A stretch of DNA of 20,761 nt from Fibrobacteria bacterium (GTDB taxonomy: Bacteria > Fibrobacterota > Fibrobacteria > UBA11236): the NCBI GenBank assembly GCA_041746255.1, contig JBGTHM010000010.1, forward strand, positions 1 through 20,761, in the 5' to 3' direction. Below are positions 1-8,699 of this stretch, piece by piece (positions within the stretch are counted from its first letter, which is position 1; the number at the start of each line of letters is the position of its first letter). Below the pieces are notes generated by a model, which was not told the origin of the DNA, did not search any database, and saw only the letters and a program-made list of their open reading frames with translations. A program made the position numbers and the translations under genes.

Positions 1-131
1 GCAGCGCACAGAACACGCGTTTGTCGACTTTCGGCTATATGCGGCCTGAATGACCTAATCCGGTTTTTCATACCAGTCGAGTACATCTTTTATATGGAAA
101 TGCCTGATCTCGGCGAGTACCTTATAGAATT

Positions 132-2552
132 ATGATGCTCGATGCACGCAAAGCGGCTCCGCTCAGCCCAGTGGAAAATTTTTTTCTAAGGCGCTCCCGC
201 GTTCCAGAAGTTTCCCGGGAAAAAGAACGTGTGCAGGTTATTACCGTCGGGGATTATGCCGAACTGGGACAGATAACGGCCCTGCGGTTTTTGGAATGGG
301 TGGGAGAAAACCCCGAAGGAGTAGTAGCCCTACCGACAGGCAGGACCCCGGAATATTTCATCAAATGGGTACGGTATTACCGGGAAAATTGGGCGAAGGA
401 AGTGGTCAAGGGCCTGCGGGAGGAAATCGGACCCTCACTTGCTCGCTTAGCCCTGCCTCACGTGGGGAATCTTCGCTTCGTTCAATTGGACGAGTTTTTT
501 CCCATGAATCCCAAGCATGAACGCAGCTTCCAGCGCTTTGTGCGCCGATATTACCTACAGGGATTCGAGCTGGATGAATCCAAGGCGCTCTTGCTCGATA
601 CGTATCATATCCCTCCCGCAGCGCAATCTATCCGTCATCGTTACGCCCATTTGGAAGAAGTTTTTCCCGACGGCCATGTCGATTTGACTCTCCGCAGTCG
701 TCATGCCACGAGTCGCCTGGAGGAAGCCCAACAGATCATTATCCGAAGCTTTGACGAGTTGTGCGAAGAATATGAAGCGCGAATCCGCGACTGGGGCGGC
801 ATTGGTTTTTTTCTGGGTGGAATCGGGCCCGACGGGCATATCGCCTTCAATATCCGGGGATCCAGCCACTTCTCCACGACACGGCTTACGCGCCTGAACT
901 ATGAAAGCATGGCGACCGCAGCCGTGGATTTGGGCGGCATTGAGGCCGCGCGTCAAAAAGCGGTCATCACCATCGGCTTGGGAACAATCACCGCCAACTC
1001 CAATGCCGTAGCCATCATCATGGCCGCCGGCGAATCCAAAGCCGGTGTAGTCGCTCGCTCCGTGGAAATGCCGGCTTGCCTGGAGAACCCGGCAAGTTGC
1101 CTACAAAACCTGGGAGGCGCCCGTTTTTACCTGACCCTTGGTGCGGCCTCACGTTTGAGCGAGCGTCGCATAAAAAACCTACGCCTCCATAAGCCTCTGC
1201 CTCCACAAGAGAAACAGCGGATGATTCTCGATGCCCTGGCCCAAAGCGGCCATACTTTCGCAGAGGCCATCAAGGGAAACCTGGATGCGGCGCCAAGCGG
1301 GCCTCTTTCCGAAATTCTGGATTTGGTGGGAAAGGACGTAACGAAAGAGTTACGCTCCGCTCAGGCTTCGCTGTTGAAAAAAATCACCCGCGGCCTTGAG
1401 GTACCCAAAAACCAGCGTATACTGCATACCGCTCCGCATCATGACGATATTGAATTGGCTTATTTCCCCCTTGTCCATCACTTGGTACGCAGCGTCCATA
1501 ATGAAAACCATTTCTGTTATCTGACCAGCGGGTTCACATCGGTGACCAACGCCTATTTACATTCGCGCTTGGAGGGTTTACGCCTGCTGCTGGAAAACGG
1601 ATCCTTGTTCCGAAAATTTTCCAGCCACGACTTAGCGGATCCTAACTTAGGCCAGGACGATATCCATGGTTATCTCAATGCCATCGCGCAGCAAAAGCCG
1701 GAAACCCAGTCGTTTTACCTGGCCTGCCGCCTGTTCCGCGTCATGGCCAACCATTTCTCGACTGCGACTGCCCCGGAACAATCCCATGACTATGGTGTAG
1801 TCGAAGCCCTGCGGCAATTCGAATTGACATTGGCCAACCTAAGCCCGGGACAAAGCGAACCTCCTCCCATTCAAAAGTTGAAAGGTTGGCTACGCGAATG
1901 GGAAGCCGAATTGGTTTGGGCCCATTTTGGCTTGCATGGAGATAATGTCAGCCACATGCGCCTACCGTTTTATTCGGCGGAAATTTTTCCCGAGGATCCC
2001 CGCTTCGAAAGCGACATCCTTCCCATTGTCCAACTATTGGAAAAAGTAAAACCTTCAGTGGTGACCCTGGCCATGGACCCGGAAGGAAGCGGACCGGATA
2101 CCCACTTCAAGTGTCTGATAGCGGTGACGCGAGCCTTGGAACATTATGTACGGGAAACCGGTCGCGATGACGTGAGAGTATGGGGCTATCGCAATATCTG
2201 GTCGACTTACCATCCTGCCGAGGTGAATACCATCGTCCCGGTCTCGCTCAATTCTTTCGCGGTCTTGCATAATATGTTCGATACCTGTTTTCTGAGCCAG
2301 CGTTCCGCTTCCTTCCCCAGTCCCGAATTGGAAGGCACCTTCAGTGAGTTGGCCCAAAAGATCTGGGCTGGGCAACATGCCGACCTCGTGCGGTGGTTGG
2401 GCCGGGATTTTTTCTACCGCCATGCCCATCCCATGCTGCGACGCGCTTACGGCGCCATTTACCTCAATGACATGTCGTATGCGGAATTCCGGGCTGAGGT
2501 GGAACCTTTATTCAGATTTTTGGAGCGCAAAAAAGGCTTACCCCTCGCTTAA
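132..2552 (+). CDS. nagB: Glucosamine-6-phosphate deaminase (NagB-like) fused to a C-terminal PIG-L/LmbE-type deacetylase domain
   Basis: 806-aa ORF. N-half has NagB motifs LPTGRTP, QLDEF, GGIGPDGHIAFN and ITIGLGTI. C-half has PIG-L motifs APHHDD and DPEGSGPDTH, plus WGYRN. Confidence 0.85.
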   Translation: MMLDARKAAPLSPVENFFLRRSRVPEVSREKERVQVITVGDYAELGQITALRFLEWVGENPEGVVALPTGRTPEYFIKWVRYYRENWAKEVVKGLREEIGPSLARLALPHVGNLRFVQLDEFFPMNPKHERSFQRFVRRYYLQGFELDESKALLLDTYHIPPAAQSIRHRYAHLEEVFPDGHVDLTLRSRHATSRLEEAQQIIIRSFDELCEEYEARIRDWGGIGFFLGGIGPDGHIAFNIRGSSHFSTTRLTRLNYESMATAAVDLGGIEAARQKAVITIGLGTITANSNAVAIIMAAGESKAGVVARSVEMPACLENPASCLQNLGGARFYLTLGAASRLSERRIKNLRLHKPLPPQEKQRMILDALAQSGHTFAEAIKGNLDAAPSGPLSEILDLVGKDVTKELRSAQASLLKKITRGLEVPKNQRILHTAPHHDDIELAYFPLVHHLVRSVHNENHFCYLTSGFTSVTNAYLHSRLEGLRLLLENGSLFRKFSSHDLADPNLGQDDIHGYLNAIAQQKPETQSFYLACRLFRVMANHFSTATAPEQSHDYGVVEALRQFELTLANLSPGQSEPPPIQKLKGWLREWEAELVWAHFGLHGDNVSHMRLPFYSAEIFPEDPRFESDILPIVQLLEKVKPSVVTLAMDPEGSGPDTHFKCLIAVTRALEHYVRETGRDDVRVWGYRNIWSTYHPAEVNTIVPVSLNSFAVLHNMFDTCFLSQRSASFPSPELEGTFSELAQKIWAGQHADLVRWLGRDFFYRHAHPMLRRAYGAIYLNDMSYAEFRAEVEPLFRFLERKKGLPLA

Positions 2553-2554
2553 AC

Positions 2555-2588
2555 AAAAAAGGCGGAAGCTTTCAAGCCTCCGCCTTTT
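2555..2588. terminator. Bidirectional intrinsic terminator between convergent nagB and RRM genes
   Basis: AAAAAA-GGCGGAAGCT-ttca-AGCCTCCGCC-TTTT hairpin with A/T tracts on both sides. A second small hairpin CCGGCTC-aga-GAGCCGG lies at 2607-2623. Confidence 0.8.
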
Positions 2589-2631
2589 CAAATTGAGATT
2601 TTAAGCCCGGCTCAGAGAGCCGGAGGATTAT

Positions 2632-2985
2632 TTACCAACGGTTGCGACCGCCGCCGCCACCGCTTCTTCCACCGCCGCCGCCGCCGCCGTAGCCACCGCC
2701 ACCGCCGCCACCACCCTGGCCACCACGAAAGGCGCCGCCTTCGGGACGAGGACGAGCCTCGTTAACCGAAAGAGCGCGACCCATCAGGTCGAATCCGTTG
2801 AGGGATTCGATAGCCTTGAGAGCCTCGTTACGGTTGGGCATTTCGACAAAGCCGAAACCCTTGGGGTTTCCGGTTTCGCGGTCGGTGATGATTTTAACAG
2901 TGGACACCTGGCCGAAAGCGCTGAACGCTTCCGTGATGTCTTCCTGAGTTGCCTCATAAGACAGATTGCCGACATAGATATTCAT
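2632..2985 (-). CDS. RRM-domain RNA-binding protein with Gly-rich tail (RbpA-like)
   Basis: RNP2 IYVGNL, RNP1 KGFGFVEM, and VNEARPR followed by a poly-Gly/Arg tail. The start is set at ATG 2985 (MNIYVGNL) after SD AAAGGA, not at 3033 as in the ORF track. Confidence 0.93.
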   Translation of the reverse strand: MNIYVGNLSYEATQEDITEAFSAFGQVSTVKIITDRETGNPKGFGFVEMPNRNEALKAIESLNGFDLMGRALSVNEARPRPEGGAFRGGQGGGGGGGGYGGGGGGGRSGGGGGRNRW

Positions 2986-3161
2986 GAATAGTTCCTTTGA
3001 GATTTGAGTGAGACAAGAAAAGAAAGGAAACAAGGCATCCTCAAATCCTCAGGGACTCGAATCAGGGTCAGTCGACGGGGTTGGGGTTTGGCCATCATTC
3101 CTAGTCGCTGGGTTCATGGGTATCCCCTCTAATTGACGGAAATCCATGAGCGACATACAAT

Positions 3162-3190
3162 AAAATACCTTCTTTTCCCAAAACTTGCAA
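3162..3190 (-). promoter_or_regulatory. Putative sigma70 promoter of the RRM gene
   Basis: Minus strand TTGCAA-17 bp-TATTTT, implying a 5' UTR of about 170 nt. Confidence 0.5.
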
Positions 3191-3259
3191 TAGATCCTCT
3201 TTTTGGGAACCCTTATGGAAAGGGAGGAGATTGGAGAGAGCGCCGGCCCATTTGCAGGA

Positions 3260-4984
3260 TTAAATCGTGCCGATTTGGTAAATGACCCTTTCCATTCGTA
3301 TGTTTGGATCTTCTGGGAAATTTACTTTGACAATATATAATCCCGGGTTTTTTAACGTAGAAAGTGAATATTCCTGGGCCCCTTCCCCGGAGGCGGAGAA
3401 AACCAAGCGGCCTCGGATATCCGTGATTCGAATGGAATGGCGGAAACCCATGGGAATGGTGATGGACGCGCCATTAATCTGAATCTTTTTTACAGCTTCG
3501 CTCAGAAAAATGCCGGATGAACCTTCGCAGGATTCCCGGACATGGACATTAGCGGAACCATTGTATTTCGGGTCGGTAATATTCATGCATCCATACACCA
3601 GCTGCTTTTGCAAAAACGGCACCTCATCGGCTGAAGCCGCCGCGGGCTGCAGGGCGGCAAGCCTACCTTTCAAATCAGCCAGGATGGAGTTGTGCGTCGC
3701 GCTTTTGATGAGGTTATTAGCTTCATCGGGGTCATTCACATAGTCGTACAGTTCCTCATAGGGAGGGTTCTGCTCATAGTAAACGATGTATTTGTATCGA
3801 TCCCCGATTATAGCCCGGGATTTGGGAATGACGGACATGTCGATGGGATGTTCGTGATAAAATTCCTTGCGCCATTCGGTCACCTCGTTTGCGATCAGGG
3901 GAAGCAGGTTCCGGCCCTGCATTTGTTTGGGGATTTCCACTCCGGCAACGGAGAGCAAGGTTGGGGCTATATCCAGATTTAGGGCCATTTCCTTTCTGCG
4001 TATCCCCCGTTTATTCTGGGAATTGCGCGGATCATAGACAATCAGCGGAACTCGGATGGAATGTTCATACGCCATCCATTTGCCCGCAAAGCCTCTTTCC
4101 CCCAGGAAAAAACCGTTGTCTCCCATATAAACAATAATGGTATTGTCATAGATATCCATCGCTTTAAGCTTAGCTACCAGTTTTCCCACCACCGCATCCA
4201 CACCGGTCAGCAGGCGATGGTGGTTCTTTACCGTTTCCTGATACTTTTCCGGCGTGGCGAAGCGTTGGTTCCATCGCGTCCGCATCAGCGAGTTTCGCAA
4301 AAACTCGGGTAGGGCGGCGAAGAATGCCGGGTCCATGGTTTTTGTAACGGGAATCACATCGTCCACATAGTAACCGTTGAAGGCTGGATCCGGGATGAAA
4401 CGGCGCGGGTCGGAGATATCCTCATGAGGTGCTTTGAAACTGATGTTCAAATTGAAGGGTTGGGAACGGGAAGTCTTATCCAGGAAGTCGATGGCCTGGT
4501 CGCCCATTTTAGTGTCGACATGCCCAACGACTTTCCCATTTTCTTTGATCTCATATTTGTTATCAAATTCATATTGTATGTCAAAATCGGAGGAGTTTAC
4601 TCCCCCGACGCCCACTTTGCCGATGAATCCGGTGCGGTAGCCCGCTTGGCGCAATAAGGAGGGGTAGATTTTGGCTACCTGGGCGCGGCTCAGGGAACCC
4701 GCACCGCCATTACCTATGCCATGACGGGAGGTGTGCTGACCGGTGAAAATTGTGGCCCGGCTGGCCCAGCATATTGCCGTGGTAACGTAGGCGTTTTCAA
4801 AGAGTGTGCCCTCGCCGGCCAGCTTATCCAGATTAGGGGTTTTGATAATTGGGTTCCCCATGACACCCAGCATATCCCAGCGTTGATCGTCGGTAAGGAG
4901 AAAAATAATGTTGGGTTTTTGCGTCTGGGAAAACCCAAATCCCAACAACCCGATAAGCATCCATCCCAACAAGCTTATTTTCAT
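3260..4984 (-). CDS. Secreted formylglycine-dependent (S1) sulfatase with C-terminal T9SS-like sorting tail
   Basis: Signal peptide, then KPNIIFLLTDDQR, CWASRATIFTG, GYRTGFIGK, KAPH, GDNG, GKW.YE.SIRVPL and ELYD...DPDE motifs. C-terminal tail ITDIRGRLV...PGLYIVKV. Confidence 0.9.
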   Translation of the reverse strand: MKISLLGWMLIGLLGFGFSQTQKPNIIFLLTDDQRWDMLGVMGNPIIKTPNLDKLAGEGTLFENAYVTTAICWASRATIFTGQHTSRHGIGNGGAGSLSRAQVAKIYPSLLRQAGYRTGFIGKVGVGGVNSSDFDIQYEFDNKYEIKENGKVVGHVDTKMGDQAIDFLDKTSRSQPFNLNISFKAPHEDISDPRRFIPDPAFNGYYVDDVIPVTKTMDPAFFAALPEFLRNSLMRTRWNQRFATPEKYQETVKNHHRLLTGVDAVVGKLVAKLKAMDIYDNTIIVYMGDNGFFLGERGFAGKWMAYEHSIRVPLIVYDPRNSQNKRGIRRKEMALNLDIAPTLLSVAGVEIPKQMQGRNLLPLIANEVTEWRKEFYHEHPIDMSVIPKSRAIIGDRYKYIVYYEQNPPYEELYDYVNDPDEANNLIKSATHNSILADLKGRLAALQPAAASADEVPFLQKQLVYGCMNITDPKYNGSANVHVRESCEGSSGIFLSEAVKKIQINGASITIPMGFRHSIRITDIRGRLVFSASGEGAQEYSLSTLKNPGLYIVKVNFPEDPNIRMERVIYQIGTI

Positions 4985-5214
4985 CGTTTCGCTCCTTATT
5001 CCCTTTTCTTATGCCTTATGCAAATGTTTTCCTGTCCTTCACCGACAGGAGTCAAAATATTACCGGGGCCATTACGCAAAAATGCACCTCCGCCTTCGGT
5101 TTTGCCGCCAATTATCGGGTAGTTGGAGAAATATTCTGTTTTATAATAGAAACGGCCTCAAAAAGGGATATATGCTCAAAATTGTTACGGATTGCATGGA
5201 ATGCATTCGGATCC

Positions 5215-5243
5215 TTGCCATCTGGCCCGAATTTACCTATAGT
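5215..5243 (+). promoter_or_regulatory. Putative sigma70 promoter of the DEAD-box helicase
   Basis: TTGCCA-17 bp-TATAGT, implying a 5' UTR of about 150 nt before the TTG start (SD GGAG at 5392-5395). Confidence 0.55.
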
Positions 5244-5401
5244 GAAGTCAGGCCAGCGCACCCCCCCATACCCTCGCCTACCGGACATCGGATCCAAAAC
5301 CTCCTTTTTCCAACATCACACAGGCAGCCGCCTCCGTCGGGGACTCGATTTTGACGGACGGTTTTAACCTGCACCCGTAACCGGCAACCCTGGAGTTCGC
5401 C

Positions 5402-6814
5402 TTGCATTTCAATCAATTGAATCTTATTTCCCCCCTATTAACTGCCTTGGAATCAAAGGGTTATACCACCCCCACTCCCATTCAGTCTGCGGCCATTCCC
5501 CCAATTCTAGAAGGTCACGACCTTTTAGGCTGCGCCCAAACCGGCACCGGTAAGACAGCCGCTTTCGCACTTCCCATCCTGCAAACCCTTTATAATGACC
5601 CCCACAATCCGGGTCCGGGAAAGGTCCGCTCCCTGATTCTGGCCCCAACCCGCGAACTGGCCCTGCAAATCGAAGAAAGTTTTGTCGCCTACGGCAAAGG
5701 CCTCAATTTACGCAGCGCGGTGGTTTTCGGTGGAGTCAGCGACTTGCCCCAGCGCAATATGTTGCGTAAAGGACTACACGTTCTGGTCGCTACGCCAGGC
5801 CGCCTGATGGACCTGCTTTCGCAACGCTGCCTTTCGCTGAGCGAAGTGGAAATTTTTGTTTTGGACGAAGCGGACCGCATGCTCGACATGGGTTTCGTCA
5901 ATGATGTCCGTAAAATTTCAGCCTTGCTTCCCGCCAAGCGCCAAACCTTGCTCTTTTCCGCCACCATGCCCCGCGAAATCCGGGATTTGGCGAACGGTCT
6001 CCTGAACAAACAGGTGGAAGTACAGGTTACCCCCGAATCCTCCACCGCCGAGCGCATCGACCAACGCGTCTATTTCGTGGAAAAAAACCAGAAATCAGCC
6101 CTCTTAGCCCATGTACTGGGAGACCCCACCATCACCAGCGCCCTAGTCTTTACCCGCACCAAACACGGAGCCGACAAATTGCGCAAAGTGCTGGAACGCT
6201 ATAACATCGGCTCTGAAGCCGTACACGGCAACAAATCCCAGAACGCGCGCGTGCGGGCCCTGAGCCGTTTCAAATCCGGTGAAATTCGGGTTTTGCTGGC
6301 CACGGACATCGCCGCTCGCGGCATCGATGTCGATGCCTTGTCGCATGTAGTCAACTACGACTTGCCGGAAGTGCCGGAAACCTATGTCCATCGCATCGGT
6401 CGCACGGCTCGCGCCGGAGCTTCGGGCATGGCCTACTCGTTTTGTGCCCGCGATGAGCGTCGCCTGCTGGGCGACATCGAAAGACTGATCCGCATCCGTC
6501 TTCCGGAGGCCTCCGTGCCTGCAGAAATCGCCTCGATGGTGCTGGCTCCCCTTCCGGGTGGCGAGGAAGCCCGTCCCTCGCAGCAAAGGCAAAGGGGTGA
6601 TTCCAACCGTCAGCGCGGAAATTCGCAGCCACAAAGGGGAAATTCGGACCGTAGCCGGGGAAATTCGGAGCGCTTTCGTCAAGAAGAGCCCAACCGAAGG
6701 CAGCCGGATCAGAGTGGAAATACCCGCACCCAATTCGGGGGTACCAACGGAACCCACAGCGGAAACCGAAAAGCACGGTCCGCTCCCATGGAAGTTTTCA
6801 CCAACGGTCGCTAA
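5402..6814 (+). CDS. rhlE: DEAD-box ATP-dependent RNA helicase (RhlE-like)
   Basis: Q motif [40 protein letters not shown] and HRIGRTAR, with a disordered R/G/N/Q-rich C-tail. Confidence 0.93.
   Translation: MHFNQLNLISPLLTALESKGYTTPTPIQSAAIPPILEGHDLLGCAQTGTGKTAAFALPILQTLYNDPHNPGPGKVRSLILAPTRELALQIEESFVAYGKGLNLRSAVVFGGVSDLPQRNMLRKGLHVLVATPGRLMDLLSQRCLSLSEVEIFVLDEADRMLDMGFVNDVRKISALLPAKRQTLLFSATMPREIRDLANGLLNKQVEVQVTPESSTAERIDQRVYFVEKNQKSALLAHVLGDPTITSALVFTRTKHGADKLRKVLERYNIGSEAVHGNKSQNARVRALSRFKSGEIRVLLATDIAARGIDVDALSHVVNYDLPEVPETYVHRIGRTARAGASGMAYSFCARDERRLLGDIERLIRIRLPEASVPAEIASMVLAPLPGGEEARPSQQRQRGDSNRQRGNSQPQRGNSDRSRGNSERFRQEEPNRRQPDQSGNTRTQFGGTNGTHSGNRKARSAPMEVFTNGR
6590..6673 (+). repeat. 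Four tandem 21-bp (7-aa) coding repeats in the helicase tail
   Basis: QRGDSNR / QRGNSQP / QRGNSDR / SRGNSER, with the core GGAAATTCG recurring every 21 bp in three of the units. Confidence 0.75.
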
Positions 6815-6862
6815 AATACAATTTGGGCCCCATTGAGGGCCCTTTTCATAATTCGGGGCAAT

Positions 6863-6896
6863 AAAAAAGCCTTCCATTTAATTGGAAGGCTTTTTT
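6863..6896. terminator. Bidirectional intrinsic terminator between the helicase and tRNA
   Basis: Perfect inverted repeat AAAAAAGCCTTCCA-tttaat-TGGAAGGCTTTTTT. A further GGGCCC-cattga-GGGCCC-TTTT hairpin lies at about 6825-6846. Confidence 0.88.
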
Positions 6897-6917
6897 CGAT
6901 CCGAAGACCGCGATTGT

Positions 6918-6994
<77 letters not shown>

Positions 6995-7012
6995 CCGAAT
7001 TGGCGTGGCAGT

Positions 7013-7041
7013 AATTTAATCAATTCGGGGATTTGATGCAA
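7013..7041 (-). promoter_or_regulatory. Putative sigma70 promoter of tRNA-fMet
   Basis: Minus strand TTGCAT-17 bp-TAAATT followed by a GC-rich discriminator-like stretch. Confidence 0.55.
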
Positions 7042-7098
7042 GGGGTGGGCACCCTGGTTTCAGAGTGAGTTCATCCCCTCCAGCAATTTCGGGAAAGT

Positions 7099-8472
7099 CT
7101 AGGGTATGACCATCATCTTCTGCCGAATAACCCTACCCTCAGACTTCAGAACCAAATGGTACAAGCCAAACGGCAAGCCGGATTTAAGTTGGTCCGGATT
7201 AGAAATAGAATGGGCGACTCTTTTGACCACCCGGCCGTCGGCACCGTAAACATAGGCTTCACTGATTTTGCTGGAAAGATCATACTTCCCATATAAGGAC
7301 TGGCCCGGCTTGGCGCTGGTGACTGGATCCGAATGGGCTGAACCCAATCCGAATTGGCTGCTGACCCATATCAATTCCTTACCACGGAAATGCGCTTCGA
7401 AAAATTTAGACCCTTCAACCAGGGTGCCTTTATCATCTACCAAGGTGATAACTTTCTTTTTGGTCTTTACATCGATGATATCGCTGGTATGGGGTATGCA
7501 GTACTTGCCGTCGCGAGTGAAGAATACCCAGCCATGTCCGTTGCGACGTACGGGAATGGACTGTTTCATGACCGGGGGACTCACGGTATTATCGAATACA
7601 ATTAGTCGAGTACCAAAAGTGTCACTAATCCAAATTTCCTTCTCATCGGGAGTAAGAGCCACACCATGGGTACGCCTGGGAATAATCTTGCCGTTCTCCA
7701 ATACATTTACATGATGGGCAACCTTTTTATTCTTCAAATCGATGATATCAAATCCTACCGCATCACGATGGGAAAAATAGGCGAATTCCAATTTACTATC
7801 CGCCGAAAGCGGCGAAACACCGCCATTGCCAAGGTCTTGGTTGATAGGAACTTTGGTATCCCAAGCCAATTTTGGATTTCCGAACATGTGGACCAGTTCT
7901 TCGGTTTCCGTGTCCATCCAAGCCAGCCAATGAGCTCCGTTCATGAACATGTATTTACCGTTGGGAGTTACAAAACTGTTATGGGGTGAGGAACCATACT
8001 TATGAAAGCGGAGCTTGGCTCCCGTGAGGGCATCGATCACCACATTACCGCCGTCAAGGGCGCGGTGCCACCAACCTGTCGGAACAAATAATTTTTTTCC
8101 ATCTACGCTAACACTGGCGCGATCCCCGATACCCGCATACTCCTTTTCCCAAACCAGTTTGTCGGTAGTCAGATCGATTCGCCCAACCAGACCCTTTTGA
8201 TTATCGATGTTGGTGGTGTAATAAACGGACTTGTTAGCCAGGCTGGGCTCGAATCCCCTGAGACCACCGTGTTTTCCGAAAACGGGGAACGACACCCGCC
8301 GTACAAATTTGAAATCGTTATCTATGTCGAAAATCATGTAACCGGGAGTATTATTGGCCGGGCCCTGTGATTTGTCGGGGTGGCTCATATACAGGTAGCG
8401 TTTTAATTCTCCCTCTTGGGCAAATCCCACTGCTGTCATCAGGCCTAGTAACGCAAGAGTTAATCCGCGCAT
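7099..8472 (-). CDS. Secreted YncE/YVTN-like beta-propeller protein (paralog 1) with T9SS-like C-terminal tail
   Basis: SD AGGAG and signal peptide ending GFA-Q. Blade motifs SVDGKKLFV, TPNGKYMFM, HGVALTPDEKEIW and TRDGKY. Tail VYGADGRVV...GLYHLVLK...QKMMVIP. Confidence 0.8.
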   Translation of the reverse strand: MRGLTLALLGLMTAVGFAQEGELKRYLYMSHPDKSQGPANNTPGYMIFDIDNDFKFVRRVSFPVFGKHGGLRGFEPSLANKSVYYTTNIDNQKGLVGRIDLTTDKLVWEKEYAGIGDRASVSVDGKKLFVPTGWWHRALDGGNVVIDALTGAKLRFHKYGSSPHNSFVTPNGKYMFMNGAHWLAWMDTETEELVHMFGNPKLAWDTKVPINQDLGNGGVSPLSADSKLEFAYFSHRDAVGFDIIDLKNKKVAHHVNVLENGKIIPRRTHGVALTPDEKEIWISDTFGTRLIVFDNTVSPPVMKQSIPVRRNGHGWVFFTRDGKYCIPHTSDIIDVKTKKKVITLVDDKGTLVEGSKFFEAHFRGKELIWVSSQFGLGSAHSDPVTSAKPGQSLYGKYDLSSKISEAYVYGADGRVVKRVAHSISNPDQLKSGLPFGLYHLVLKSEGRVIRQKMMVIP

Positions 8473-8699
8473 AGCATTACTCCTAAATCCAAAAAAAGCA
8501 TTTTTGAAAATATACGTTCACCTTCTAATATAAAATCAATTAAAGGTATTCGTTCAGGTTGTGGGCCTACAAGGCCGTACTCCTGAGAGCACAGTGTCCG
8601 TGTTAGCAGAGTTCGTGATTCACAACTTTTTCACGATTCCATAGCGCTTGGAAAATTTTCATGGTTTGCCATTGGTTTCGTTATTCAGTCGAATACCAA

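Noticed and set aside
1..71. Possible start of a divergent minus-strand gene (MKNRIRSFRPHIAE...)
   Set aside because: Only 23 codons are visible, with no clear SD or motif, so it cannot be supported.
2640..2720. CCG/CCA trinucleotide-like repeat
   Set aside because: It simply encodes the poly-Gly tail of the RRM protein.
3049..5348. TCAGGGACTCGA (3049) and TCGGGGACTCGA (5337) flanking the sulfatase, complementary between the two mRNA leaders
   Set aside because: An 11/12 match found post hoc is compatible with chance, and the sites lie inside predicted UTRs rather than at plausible insertion boundaries.
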